Shown one piece after another: positions 1-10,136 of a stretch of 17,435 nucleotides of DNA (the first letter of the stretch is position 1; the number at the start of each line of letters is the position of its first letter). This DNA is from Eledone cirrhosa (lineage: Eukaryota), in contig CAXHJY010001054.1 in the NCBI GenBank assembly GCA_964016885.1, forward strand, positions 1 through 17,435, read 5' to 3'. The notes beneath the pieces are model-generated. The model saw only the letters and a program-made list of their open reading frames with translations. It did no database searches and was not told the DNA's origin. Both the position numbers and the translations under genes were made by a program.

Positions 1-1480
1 ATTATGCTTGATTTCCTTTATTGCCGCCAAGACATCAGGGGCGCCAAACGTTATGTCCGATAAGGTGTAATGTGGAGTAACATCGCCGATACAGCCCAGA
101 TCGGCCATATCAGGATTGCTGAAAACAGAGCAGTATTGTTTCTGCAGTATCTCACCCATGGTTTTAGCATTGTCTTGAAGAGTGCCATTTTCATCAATTA
201 GAGGGCCAACAGTAGAGCCAGTGATTTTGTGTTTTTTTTGCAAATGAAAAGAACACTTTGGGATTGAGTTTGATCTTCTCAATGGCCCAGGCCTCTTCAG
301 CTCTTCTCTGATTGTTGATGAGGGACATTATGTTGTTTTGGAGGTTATGTTTTTTAATCTCTAGTGATGAAATGGCAGTCAAGTTGATGTGTTGCTGCTG
401 GCAGTATTTCAGCTTGTTGATTTTTTTGTTCGTTCTCTTAATTTTTCTGATGAGCGTTTTTCTATTTCTAGGGATTCTGCTCTTAGATTTGTTTATAGTT
501 CTTAATGGGGTGTGTTTAGCACATATGTTTGTAACAGTGTCCACAAATGTCTGCCAGGACTTTTTGATGTTAGTGGGTGTATGAGTATGCGTGAAGGACC
601 AGTCGACATGTGCAAGATCATGACTGATCGCTTCCCAGTTTGCATTGTGGAAATCCATAGCGTCAAACGGATGGACAGGAGAGATGACATTGGGTTTGTA
701 TATTGGACGGTGGAATCTCCGATCACAGAGAACCATGTCATGATCAGAGAGTAGAGTTTTCTCCACTGCAATATTGTGGATATTGTCAGTGTGATTGCTG
801 AAAATTAAGTCTAGGACGTTTTTGTGGCACCTCGTTGGTTCGAGCACCAGTTGGGATAGGAAGAAATCATCCATGAAGTCAAGAAGCGATTCCACAGCTT
901 CCCTGTCAGAGGTTGAGGCAGAAGAACCTGGTGGCAGGCTGTTTGTGGACCAGTCAACTCCGGGGAGGTTGAAGTCCCCCATCATTAAGATGTTGTCAGG
1001 GTGACACTCTTGGATGAAACACTTTATGCTGTTGAGGCATTCCTTGAAGCATGGTACAGGCGTTTGGGGTGGCCTATAGAGCCCAACTACTAATAGGTTG
1101 TTGGTTTGACTGAATACAGTGACTGCTTCACAGTATCCATTAGTGAATATGTTCATAGCATCTGTTGAGAAAGAATTATGGACATAAATGGCAGTTCCGC
1201 CCTTTCTTCTGCCAGCGCGATCAGCACGGATGGCTTTGAAATTTTTCACTTTCACCTCGGCTTCCAAGTGGAGGTTACTGAGATGGGTTTCAGTGAGGAC
1301 GAAGAAAGGGATGTGGTTTGGATGGACATCAATCCAGTCCTCCAGGAATTTGATCTTCCATTTTTGAGTATTGGTGGAAGGGCTGATGCCTTGGGCGTTA
1401 AGCAAAAATGTAGAGGCGAGAGTGGATGGTTTTAATTGTTTTGGTGTGTTGTTAATTTGTTTGTTTGTTAATGGCAGCAA
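1..1480 (-). pseudogene. LINE ORF2, N-terminal part (APE endonuclease + linker), frameshifted
   Basis: APE motifs LTETHL, DR..RKGGTAIYV, GLYRPP, MGDFNLP, EPTR..NVLDLIF and LSDH. The listed ORF stops at 194. Removing one base from the T8 run at 232-239 restores KKHKITGSTVGPLIDENGTLQDNAKTMGEILQKQYCSVFS...IKEIKHN, open to base 1, which is a typical CR1-group pre-RT linker. Confidence 0.9.
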
Positions 1481-2619
1481 TGGGAGTTTGTGCAGTGGGG
1501 TGATAGTGGAGGGTGGTGCTGGGTGATAGCTCGAATGTTTTTTTCCAGTTCTTTTGCCAGATTCATTATGGCTAAAAAAGAGGAAGAAGTTTCCTGTTTA
1601 GAAAACTGTTGGTGACTGTGGTAGTGGTTATTTTTATGTAGGTTATGGTTTTTGTTTTTGCTTTTATTTTTAATTTTATTTTCATTTGTCCGACGGGTCC
1701 CCGGGAGATGGGTAAAGGGACAATCCCGGTCTAAACACAATCTGTCTCGCAGCGAAAAGCGGCAGATTTGTGGATTCCTTGTTTGAGTTATTGGTGGTTG
1801 TGTTGGTGTTAAATTAGAGTATGTATTATGGTGGTGGCTGTTTGTGGGGATAGATCGTTTTGTCCTAGGTAAATGGGTGAATTTGCAGCCACTATCCGTA
1901 CATATTCTATAGCGTAGAGAGTAGCGGCAAATGATGGGGTTTCGAGTGGGTGGGTATGTGGGTGTAAATGTTGTGAGAGGTGTAGATGATGGTTTGGGTA
2001 GGATTTGACGACCTTTGTGGACTGTGGGAGGGAGAGTTCTTGTTCTGGTATTAGAAGGTAAATTCCTTGACATAGCAGTAGACAAAAATGTAGTAGTAGT
2101 AGTAGTAGTAGTAGGCAGAGATGTTGGCAGTGGTGATGATTGGACTGCTGGGCCAGAGAAAGGATGTGGCGTTTCATGCTGTGAGACAGAGGCTACTGGG
2201 GGGTCAATAGTTTCATTTAGTAGATCGGCCATTGTTGATGAATCAAGGAGTGGTTCACACTGTTGTTGTCGTTGTTGTTGTTGTTGCTGTTGTTGATGTT
2301 GTTGTTGTAGCTGTTGTTGTTGTTGCCGTTGTAGCTGCTGTTGTTGTTGTTGCTGCTGCTGGACAGCATTCGAAGAAAAAACACACCGTAGTTTATCCAA
2401 ATGTTTATTGATTAATTTAAAAGCAATTTCGATTTGCTTTAATTTATTTTGAATCTGTTGTTCAGATCGAGTTTTCAAAAATTGAACTGTACGTTTAGCA
2501 ATGTCGTTCAGAGATGAAGCATCTATGTCTTCTGTTTGGGTAAGGCAATGCCATGTGTTTATTAGAATGTCGATTTCATTATCAGACCAGTTCTGTTTGG
2601 ATTTTTGCTGGTTAGCCAT
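1468..2619 (-). CDS. LINE ORF1 protein: Myb/SANT-like N-terminus, polyQ, Pro/Thr-rich linker, two CCCH zinc fingers
   Basis: Uninterrupted ORF with first ATG at 2619 (the track starts at TTG 2658). Motifs: WSDNEIDILINTW...IAKR...RSEQQIQNKLKQI, CRYSLRYRICTDSGCKFTH and CRFSLRDRLCLDRDCPFTH (C-x8-C-x4-C-x3-H). It lies directly upstream of APE-ORF2. Confidence 0.85.
   Translation of the reverse strand: MANQQKSKQNWSDNEIDILINTWHCLTQTEDIDASSLNDIAKRTVQFLKTRSEQQIQNKLKQIEIAFKLINKHLDKLRCVFSSNAVQQQQQQQQQLQRQQQQQLQQQHQQQQQQQQRQQQCEPLLDSSTMADLLNETIDPPVASVSQHETPHPFSGPAVQSSPLPTSLPTTTTTTTTFLSTAMSRNLPSNTRTRTLPPTVHKGRQILPKPSSTPLTTFTPTYPPTRNPIICRYSLRYRICTDSGCKFTHLPRTKRSIPTNSHHHNTYSNLTPTQPPITQTRNPQICRFSLRDRLCLDRDCPFTHLPGTRRTNENKIKNKSKNKNHNLHKNNHYHSHQQFSKQETSSSFLAIMNLAKELEKNIRAITQHHPPLSPHCTNSHCCH
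2259..2361 (-). repeat. (CAA/CAG)n coding trinucleotide repeat (polyQ in ORF1)
   Basis: TGT/TGC triplet run on the plus strand, translated as the Q-rich tract. Confidence 0.9.
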
Positions 2620-2750
2620 TCTAGTTTTGAGTGTGTGTGTTTTAGTTAAGTATTTCAATATATATATATTTTTTTAAAATTTATTTTTGATTTATTTTTG
2701 TTTTTTGTTTTTCTTGTGTGTGAGTGAGAAGAGTATATATATAAATATGA

Positions 2751-2792
<42 letters not shown>

Positions 2793-2892
2793 TCTGGTTA
2801 TTTGAAATTAATTAAGTTAATGAAAAGACGAAAGTATATAATAATAATTTGTAGTTAAAGGAAAATGTACTCACAAGTTCGAAAACACGTGG

Positions 2893-2992
2893 TTTCAAAT
2901 ATATAATAATATAGATGTATGTAAATGTATTAACCGGTCAATTTTCAAATATATAATAATATAGATGTATGTAAATGTATTAACCGGTCAAT
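2893..2992. repeat. Exact 2 x 50-bp tandem repeat in the LINE 5'UTR
   Basis: tttcaaatatataataatatagatgtatgtaaatgtattaaccggtcaat at 2893 and 2943. Confidence 0.95.
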
Positions 2993-3067
2993 TTTTGTTT
3001 GTTTTGTTTTGTTTTGTGGTTTTGTTTTGTGGCTGTGTGACTTGCTGCTTACTCGGGGAGAGAAGTA

Positions 3068-3100
3068 AAAACACGTCCTTATACTTCAACTGCTCAACTG
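3068..3100 (-). promoter_or_regulatory. Putative internal Pol II promoter of the LINE (Inr-like CAGT + downstream GGACGTG)
   Basis: The minus strand begins CAGTTGAGCAGTTGAAGTATAAGGACGTGTTTT. An RGACGTG downstream motif is known at the 5' ends of invertebrate LINEs. Confidence 0.6.
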
Positions 3101-3105
3101 TATAC

Positions 3106-3155
<50 letters not shown>

Positions 3156-3166
3156 GTATATATATA

Positions 3167-3246
<80 letters not shown>

Positions 3247-3290
3247 TATATATATGTATATATATCTATATATATATATATATGTATATA
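3101..3290. repeat. (TA)n microsatellite, interrupted
   Basis: Direct inspection. Confidence 0.98.
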
Positions 3291-3322
3291 TACGATTCTC
3301 CAGAAAGGCCGGTAGATAGGTA

Positions 3323-3367
3323 AATATTGCTGATGAGTTGTAACAACAACGAAACTAGTTCAATATT
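3323..3367 (+). ncRNA. Type I hammerhead ribozyme (family A, copy 1)
   Basis: Stem I AAUAUUG/CAAUAUU; CUGAUGA; stem II GUUGU-AACA-ACAAC; GAAA; palindromic ACUAGU stem III; GUU site, cut predicted after 3360. Stem I extends imperfectly over 3295-3390. Confidence 0.92.
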
Positions 3368-3808
3368 CCTTGTCTGGCTTTCTGGAGAATATAGGAAAGG
3401 TGTTTCCTCGAAAACCAGTATGACTCTAAAAACCGGTTTGTCTGTGTGTTTACATACAGAATAGCTGGGTTACTCACAGTAAAGTAACCAGTGAAAGACT
3501 TGTTACATCTACATATGTATACGTGTGTGTATTCATATGCATACTAGTATTTCAGTATGCATATGTAGATGTACATTTTTAACTTAATTGTTTAAGCGTC
3601 AGTCATACAAAAGTGAGTTACAAACGAAACGAAATTTAAATTTAAATTTGAAATTTAATTTCGTTTCGTTATTTGTTTTTATCGTCTCCGCTGAACCGGT
3701 GCGTACTCACACTCTATGCAAATTAGTCTGCCCACTACTAATTTTCATAGAAAAAGCATATAACGATATGTGCTTTTACGATTCTCCAGAAAGGCCGGTA
3801 GATAGGTA

Positions 3809-3853
3809 AATATTGCTGATGAGTTGTAACAACAACGAAACTAGTTCAATATT
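3809..3853 (+). ncRNA. Type I hammerhead ribozyme (family A, copy 2)
   Basis: Identical to 3323-3367; cut predicted after 3846. Confidence 0.92.
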
Positions 3854-4075
3854 CCTTGTCTGGCTTTCTGGAGAATAGAGGAAAGGTGTTTCCTCGAAAA
3901 CCAGTATGACTCTAAAAACCGGTTTGTCTGTGTGTTTACATACAGAATAGCTGGGTTACTCACAGTAAAGTAACCAGTGAAAGACTTGTTACATCTACAT
4001 ATGTATACGTGTGTGTATTCATATGCATACTAGTATTTCAGTATGCATATGTAGATGTACATTTTTAACTTAATT

Positions 4076-4931
<856 letters not shown>

Positions 4932-5017
4932 AGTAATAATAATAAAATTGAAGACTAAAATCCAAAGAGGGCTCGATAAGGAAAATATATATCAAATATA
5001 TAAGAACCGTAGAGCAA

Positions 5018-5166
5018 ATATTTATTAAAATAACAGATTAAAGTTTAAGCAAAGAATCGCTGCTTTCACCCTTAACGGGATCTTCTGAAACTAACAAAGT
5101 CAATCTGTAAACGCAGAACTGGATATTTCAAAAAACGTTGCAACCGGAGGAAGACAGGAAGACGAT
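5018..5166 (-). repeat. Inverted copy of the Penelope 3' pseudo-LTR
   Basis: Reverse complement of 8099-8247 (149 bp, no mismatch seen). Confidence 0.95.
5034..5107 (-). ncRNA. Variant type I hammerhead-like motif (inverted copy)
   Basis: Reverse complement of 8158-8231. Confidence 0.65.
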
Positions 5167-5168
5167 GG

Positions 5169-7246
5169 AAAACATACCTAAAACTCCCGATACAGAAAAT
5201 AGACGCGTTCATTAAAAGGTTGCGTTGGCGTGCCTTTTATTTCGATAATCCGCGTAAAGCAGACAACAAACAGGATAAATTTGGATTTAAAACTTATAAT
5301 AACCCTCCGTGGAACCCAGCATTGCTACCCTTAGAAAATGATGTCTTGGAACTCATTCGGAATATCAAATTTCGGAATAGGAGCAATTCCTTCCAGCAAG
5401 ACCTGAAGAATAGAATTCGTTCTATTAAGGATTCTAACGCCGTGTACGTCCATTCCGACAAAACTGGCAACTTATATCAAGTGGAGCGCAGTACTTACCA
5501 TCAACTACTACATAATGCTGTAACTAAGGATTACCGTAAAACTAATCGGTGCGTCATCAATGAAATCAACGATGCTGGGTTTAAAATCACATCTGATCTC
5601 AACATCCTGGACCGGACCGAACCTCTGGACCCTATCTCTCCCCACTTTACCCTGAAGGATCACAAATCCAATTTTCCGAACAACCCCTCTATTCGGCTTA
5701 TTAACCCTACGAAGTCCGATTTAGGTAGACTTAGTAAAACGATTCTTGATAGAATTATACCTGAAATTAGAAGTTTGGCCCCTCTCGCACTGTGGAACAA
5801 TTCTTTCGCGGTGATTGATTGGTTCAACGGCATATGTAACAAGGAACATTGCCGTTTTATCCAATTCGACATCAACAATTACTACTCCTCCATCACTTTA
5901 CCACTTCTCCTTAGAGCTATCAATTTCGCTAAAACACTCACAGTGGTTTAAGGATTTTGAAGTTGATGTCATCCTTAATGCCCGAAAGTCGGTGATTAAT
6001 TTTGACGACTCTATTTGGATTAAAAAAATCCAACAGTACCCCATTCGACGTGAGTATGGGCGCCAGTGACTCTGCGGAGGTTACTGATCTTATTGGCCTT
6101 TTCCTTCTTTTCTCTATCAAGGACTAATTCCACAACGCGGGAGGCGGTTTGTACCGTGACGATGGTCTTTTGACCATGACTAAGTGCGGACCTCGTGCTT
6201 GCGACAGGTTCAGAAAAGAACTCACAGCCTTCTTTAAAGGCTTCAATCTCTCTATACAGGTTGAGGCCAATCTCTCGGTCGTTAATTACCTCGACGTTAC
6301 CCTCAATTTATTGAATGGGTTGTATTACCCGTATAGAAAGCCGAATGATACGCTTAATTACATAAGTAAGCATTCCAACCATCCTGCCAGCATAACCAAG
6401 AACCTGGTAAGGAACGTTTCGTTGAGGCTTTCCCGTCTTTCCACCAACGAGCGCATTTTCAACGACCATTCCACTTATTACAATGAAGCTCTTGCTCGAA
6501 GTGGATTTGTCGATAAGGTAGCATATACAGTGTACAAAAATAGACCTAGAAGAAATAGATCCCGTCGCATTTGTTGGTTTAACCCACCATATAATATGGA
6601 GGTGGCCACACCATTAGCTAAAATCTTTCTTTCCCTTATTACGAAGCATTTTCCCCCTACACATAAACATAGTAAAATTTTTAATAGAAATACTATTAAA
6701 ATTTCTTACTCTACGACTCCTAACCTTGCACATAACATCACAGCTTCAAATTTAGCTAAACTACCTAGCCGTAGGAACACGTGCAACCCTGTAGGTAGTA
6801 CTAACTGTAATTGTAGGAATCGGGCTGATTGCCCCCTATCCGGGAAATGCCTCTCTAGTAACATTGTCTACAAATGTAAGGTTGTAACACCCACGTCCCG
6901 TAGGGCCTACATAGGGTTAACCGCCAATAGTTTCAAGCAGCGTCTTTACATGCATACCCATTCTTTTCGTTACCCTCTAAGAAGGAATATGACGTCACTT
7001 TCAGCTTATATCTGGAGTCTAAAAGACAACCACACCCAATATAAGTTACACTGGGAGATCCTAGCTAGGGCTAGATCGTATAACGGAAATAAAAGACCAT
7101 GTGACCTCTGCGCCGCTGAGGCCCTGGAAATACTCTACGCTATAGACCACATCTTAAACAAAAAATCTGAGGCAATTTCGGCTTGTAAACATAAATTGCA
7201 CAAAACTTTCCTGTATTACAGCCCCACGTTATACCCTAACGGATAG
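5169..7246 (+). pseudogene. Penelope RT + GIY-YIG endonuclease ORF, disrupted
   Basis: Motifs: IKRLRWRA, SDKTGNLY, TLKDHK..RLINP, FIQFDINNYYSSI, FDVSMG, GLYRDDGL, NYLDVTL, YRKP, WFNPP, CNCRNRADCPLSGKC, IVYK..YIGLT..FKQR..H, CDLC and LNKKSE..ACKH. Lesions: +1 at ~5947-5949, +1 in the A7 run at 6022-6028, and in-frame TAA at 6125-6127. The N-terminus is cut by the inversion at 5166/5167. Confidence 0.92.
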
Positions 7247-7826
7247 CACGATCTATACGTGGATATTTTACGTCTTGATGCGGGAGCTAAGTATATGTTT
7301 TGTTTATTCCTTTACGTAATTGCATAGGTAAGTATTTATTACCCGTATGTTTTGTGAAGGTATGTATACCTTCTCGTACGTATATTTGACTGTTATAGCG
7401 TATCATTTTTACATATTCTGGTACATATGGTTTGGCTATGTGTATACGGGAGTTTTGCGTCCGCGTGAGTGTGCAGGTTCGTACGTATGGTGGGTGTGTG
7501 TATATGTGTACTTCTTGTTTTAGTTGACTTAAGTCTCCGAACATTCGTGTATTTATATGTAGGTATGCGTGTGCGCTTGTTATATACGCATTTATTTACT
7601 TATATACGTTTATATAATTATTTATTTATTTGTACACAAGCATACACACACACATATTTATATGTGCGTGGTTTTGTATACCCATGGTAAGGTTTTGCGT
7701 ATGCTTGTGTATGTACGTATCTGTTTGCGTGTATGTATTTATTTGTTCCTATTACTTCTGTATTGTATTTATTTACTTTGTTCTTAACTCTGTAGCGGAG
7801 ATTCATTTGGTCTCCTAGTTAGAATT

Positions 7827-8082
7827 TTAGTCTACGATTTCTGCTATACCATTTACGTGGTTTTGTCTTTGCGTGCTATTGTTCTCCACGCTCCACATAT
7901 GACTTATTATCTTCGTTTTTTCGTTCATTGCCAGAGAACGTCTCTATGCACCACCTAAGAGAACATTAGTCTACGACCTCTTTTATACCATAAACGTGGT
8001 TTTGTCTTTGCGCGTAATTGTTTTTCACCGCTCCTATTAATGACGTATTATTCGTTTTTTCCCGTTCTTTGCCAGCGAACGT
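7827..8082 (+). repeat. Diverged ~140-bp-period tandem duplication in the Penelope 3' region
   Basis: ttagtctacga...tatacca..acgtggttttgtctttgcg...gccag.gaacgt at 7827-7941 and 7966-8082. Confidence 0.85.
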
Positions 8083-8098
8083 TACCACGAACCAAAGT

Positions 8099-8247
8099 AT
8101 CGTCTTCCTGTCTTCCTCCGGTTGCAACGTTTTTTGAAATATCCAGTTCTGCGTTTACAGATTGACTTTGTTAGTTTCAGAAGATCCCGTTAAGGGTGAA
8201 AGCAGCGATTCTTTGCTTAAACTTTAATCTGTTATTTTAATAAATAT
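8099..8247 (+). repeat. Penelope 3' pseudo-LTR terminal part (duplicated in inverted form at the 5' end)
   Basis: Matches the reverse complement of 5018-5166. Confidence 0.95.
8158..8231 (+). ncRNA. Variant type I hammerhead-like motif in the Penelope pseudo-LTR
   Basis: Stem I AGUUU/AAACU plus distal CAGAUUGA/UUAAUCUG with a 7-nt bulge; core CAGAAGA rather than CUGANGA; U-CCC-GUUAA-GGG-U; GAAA; stem III AGCAG/UUGCU; CUU site at 8216-8218. Confidence 0.65.
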
Positions 8248-8379
<132 letters not shown>

Positions 8380-8431
8380 GATGAATATAAAATGAAAGTG
8401 CTTTTGTTAAAAAAGGAATTTATTAGGTATT

Positions 8432-8540
8432 GACATATGTTTCTGTAACAGACCGAATACCTATGTATCGCTGCTTGCGTAATCATATAATGTTAGCAAG
8501 TATTCGATAGCAAATGTATAATCAGTTGTCACTTCTTCAG
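8432..8540 (-). ncRNA. Degenerate HHR-like motif with very large stem II region
   Basis: CUGAAGA-a-GUGACA...UGUUAC-a-GAAA-CAUAUG-UC, with inner helix UCGAAUAC/GUAUUCGG. Proximal stem I does not pair. Confidence 0.45.
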
Positions 8541-8797
8541 AGATTTTGGATAAACTGGATAAAATCAGAAAAATTGAAGTATTTATATTAGTAAAAGAGG
8601 AAGGAACAGAGGGGATAGAATATGACAGATGGTAAAATAATTTACTGCTAAACAAGTATATAATGGGTTTTTAATGAGAATACCATGAGTAAATCTAAAT
8701 AAGAATTTTGGGAGTGCCGATTTTAATCTCTACTTGACCAACTGGACAGTGGACAGGGCTGGTCATTTGGTGCAGTAGTATTAATTTTATATATATA

Positions 8798-8802
<5 letters not shown>

Positions 8803-8874
<72 letters not shown>

Positions 8875-8907
8875 TATATATGTATATATATATATATGTA
8901 TATATAC

Positions 8908-8979
<72 letters not shown>

Positions 8980-9018
8980 ATATATATATATATATATATA
9001 TGTATATACATATATATA
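8803..9018. repeat. (TA)n microsatellite
   Basis: Direct inspection. Confidence 0.98.
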
Positions 9019-10136
9019 CAAATGGGGCCCTCTCGAGGGAAACACCGATAACAAGTGTGGGGTGCCCCAGGGGACAGTCCTGGGACCACTACTGTTTTTG
9101 GTGGCTCTCTCGGACATGCCCTCTGTGGTGCATGCAACAACATCCCTCACTAGCTATGCTGATGACACTAAGATAGCACAGGCAATCAAAAACCCGGCTG
9201 ACGCTGCCCTTTTACAGCAGGATCTGGATGCCATATACAGATGGGAGGAAGAAAACAACATGCAGTTTAATGCTGGCAAATTCCAAGCCCTACAGTACAA
9301 ACCTGCAAACACAAATATAGTGGAACACAGCTACACAGGACCAGGAGGGACCGATATCCCCGTGTCAAAATCGATACGAGACCTGGGCATAGACATGAGC
9401 GATGATGCATCTTTTTCTTCACACATCATGAAGGTGGCGACAACATGTAGACGATTCGCTGGCTGGATCTTGAGGACTTTCCGGACAAGAGATCGAGACA
9501 CCATGTTGACACTGTGGAGGACTTTTGTCCTAAGCCGCCTGGACTACTGCTCCCAGTTGGGTCAAACTAACCACGGAGCTTGAGGCAATCCAGCGAAGCT
9601 ACACCAAGAGGATTGCCAAGATGAGGGAGACAAGCTACTGGGAGAGGCTGAAGGAACTGAACCTCTACTCCTTGGAGCGAAGACGGGAGAGATACGCAGT
9701 GATCTACATGTGGAAAATCCTGGAGGGACTAGCACCAAACTTTGGCATTAGGAGCTGGACCAACCGTCGAACAGGACGTCACTGTGTGGTGCCAAAGGTC
9801 CCGTCTTCCACATCTAGAATAAGGAGCAGGTATTGCAATAGCCTGGGATTCAAGGGCCCTCAACTCTTCAACAGGCTGCCGAGGCATCTGAGAGACTTGC
9901 ATGACGTGGAGGTGGATGTCTTTAAGAAACATCTCGACACCTTGTTATCCAGGATCCCGGATGAGCCCACAGCAAGACACGAGGGAAACCTAAGGGCAGC
10001 AGCAACAAACTCCCTCCTACACCAGTGGCCAACCTATACAGTCTGGAGATAATATGTGTAGCAACAAGGGCGGTGACCCAGCATGGCATCAGCCGGATGG
10101 CTGAAACAGGTAAAAGAGTAAAAGAGTAAAAGAGTA
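9019..10136 (+). mobile_element. 5'-truncated CR1-group LINE (3' half of RT, 3'UTR, tandem tail)
   Basis: RT motifs, 3'UTR hairpin TCAGCC-GGAT-GGCTGA, (GTAAAAGA)3+ tail at 10110-10136, and (TA)n on both sides. Confidence 0.92.
9020..10052 (+). pseudogene. LINE reverse transcriptase C-terminal fragment, frameshifted
   Basis: [29 protein letters not shown] and SRLDYCSQL. The frame changes near 9557-9561 (the expected WSP motif is lost) into [42 protein letters not shown]. Confidence 0.92.

Larger units (their letters stand above)
1..3100 (-). mobile_element. CR1-group non-LTR retrotransposon (LINE), 5' end present, 3' part outside the window
   Basis: Order on the minus strand is 5'UTR (~2620-3100), ORF1, then overlapping APE-ORF2. 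Unique sequence ends at 3100, directly against a (TA)n tract. Confidence 0.88.
3291..4075 (+). mobile_element. Non-coding tandem HHR element, family A (retrozyme / non-autonomous Penelope-like)
   Basis: 299-bp direct repeats at 3291-3589 and 3777-4075 (one substitution seen), period 486. Each has an HHR. There is no credible ORF, and (TA)n flanks both sides. Confidence 0.85.
4932..8247 (+). mobile_element. Penelope-like element (C-terminal EN+, motifs resembling the Hydra clade) with inverted 5' pseudo-LTR
   Basis: RT + GIY-YIG coding region, ~1-kb 3' region, 149-bp inverted repeat and (TA)n flanks. The clade call is by motif recognition only. Whether 4932-5017 belongs to the element is inferred. 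Confidence 0.88.

Noticed and set aside
312-2296. Short plus-strand ORFs opposite the LINE ORFs
   Set aside because: Antisense shadows with no recognisable motifs.
3291-4075. Direct repeats suggesting an LTR/TRIM element or CRISPR array
   Set aside because: No TG...CA ends, primer-binding site or polypurine tract recognised, and no repeat-spacer pattern.
7287-7818. Short ORFs in the Penelope 3' region
   Set aside because: TG/TA-rich UTR with no protein motifs.
5018-8247. Terminal inverted repeats suggesting a DNA transposon
   Set aside because: The enclosed ORF is RT + GIY-YIG, there is no transposase, and the repeat holds an HHR-like motif. It is a Penelope inverted pseudo-LTR.
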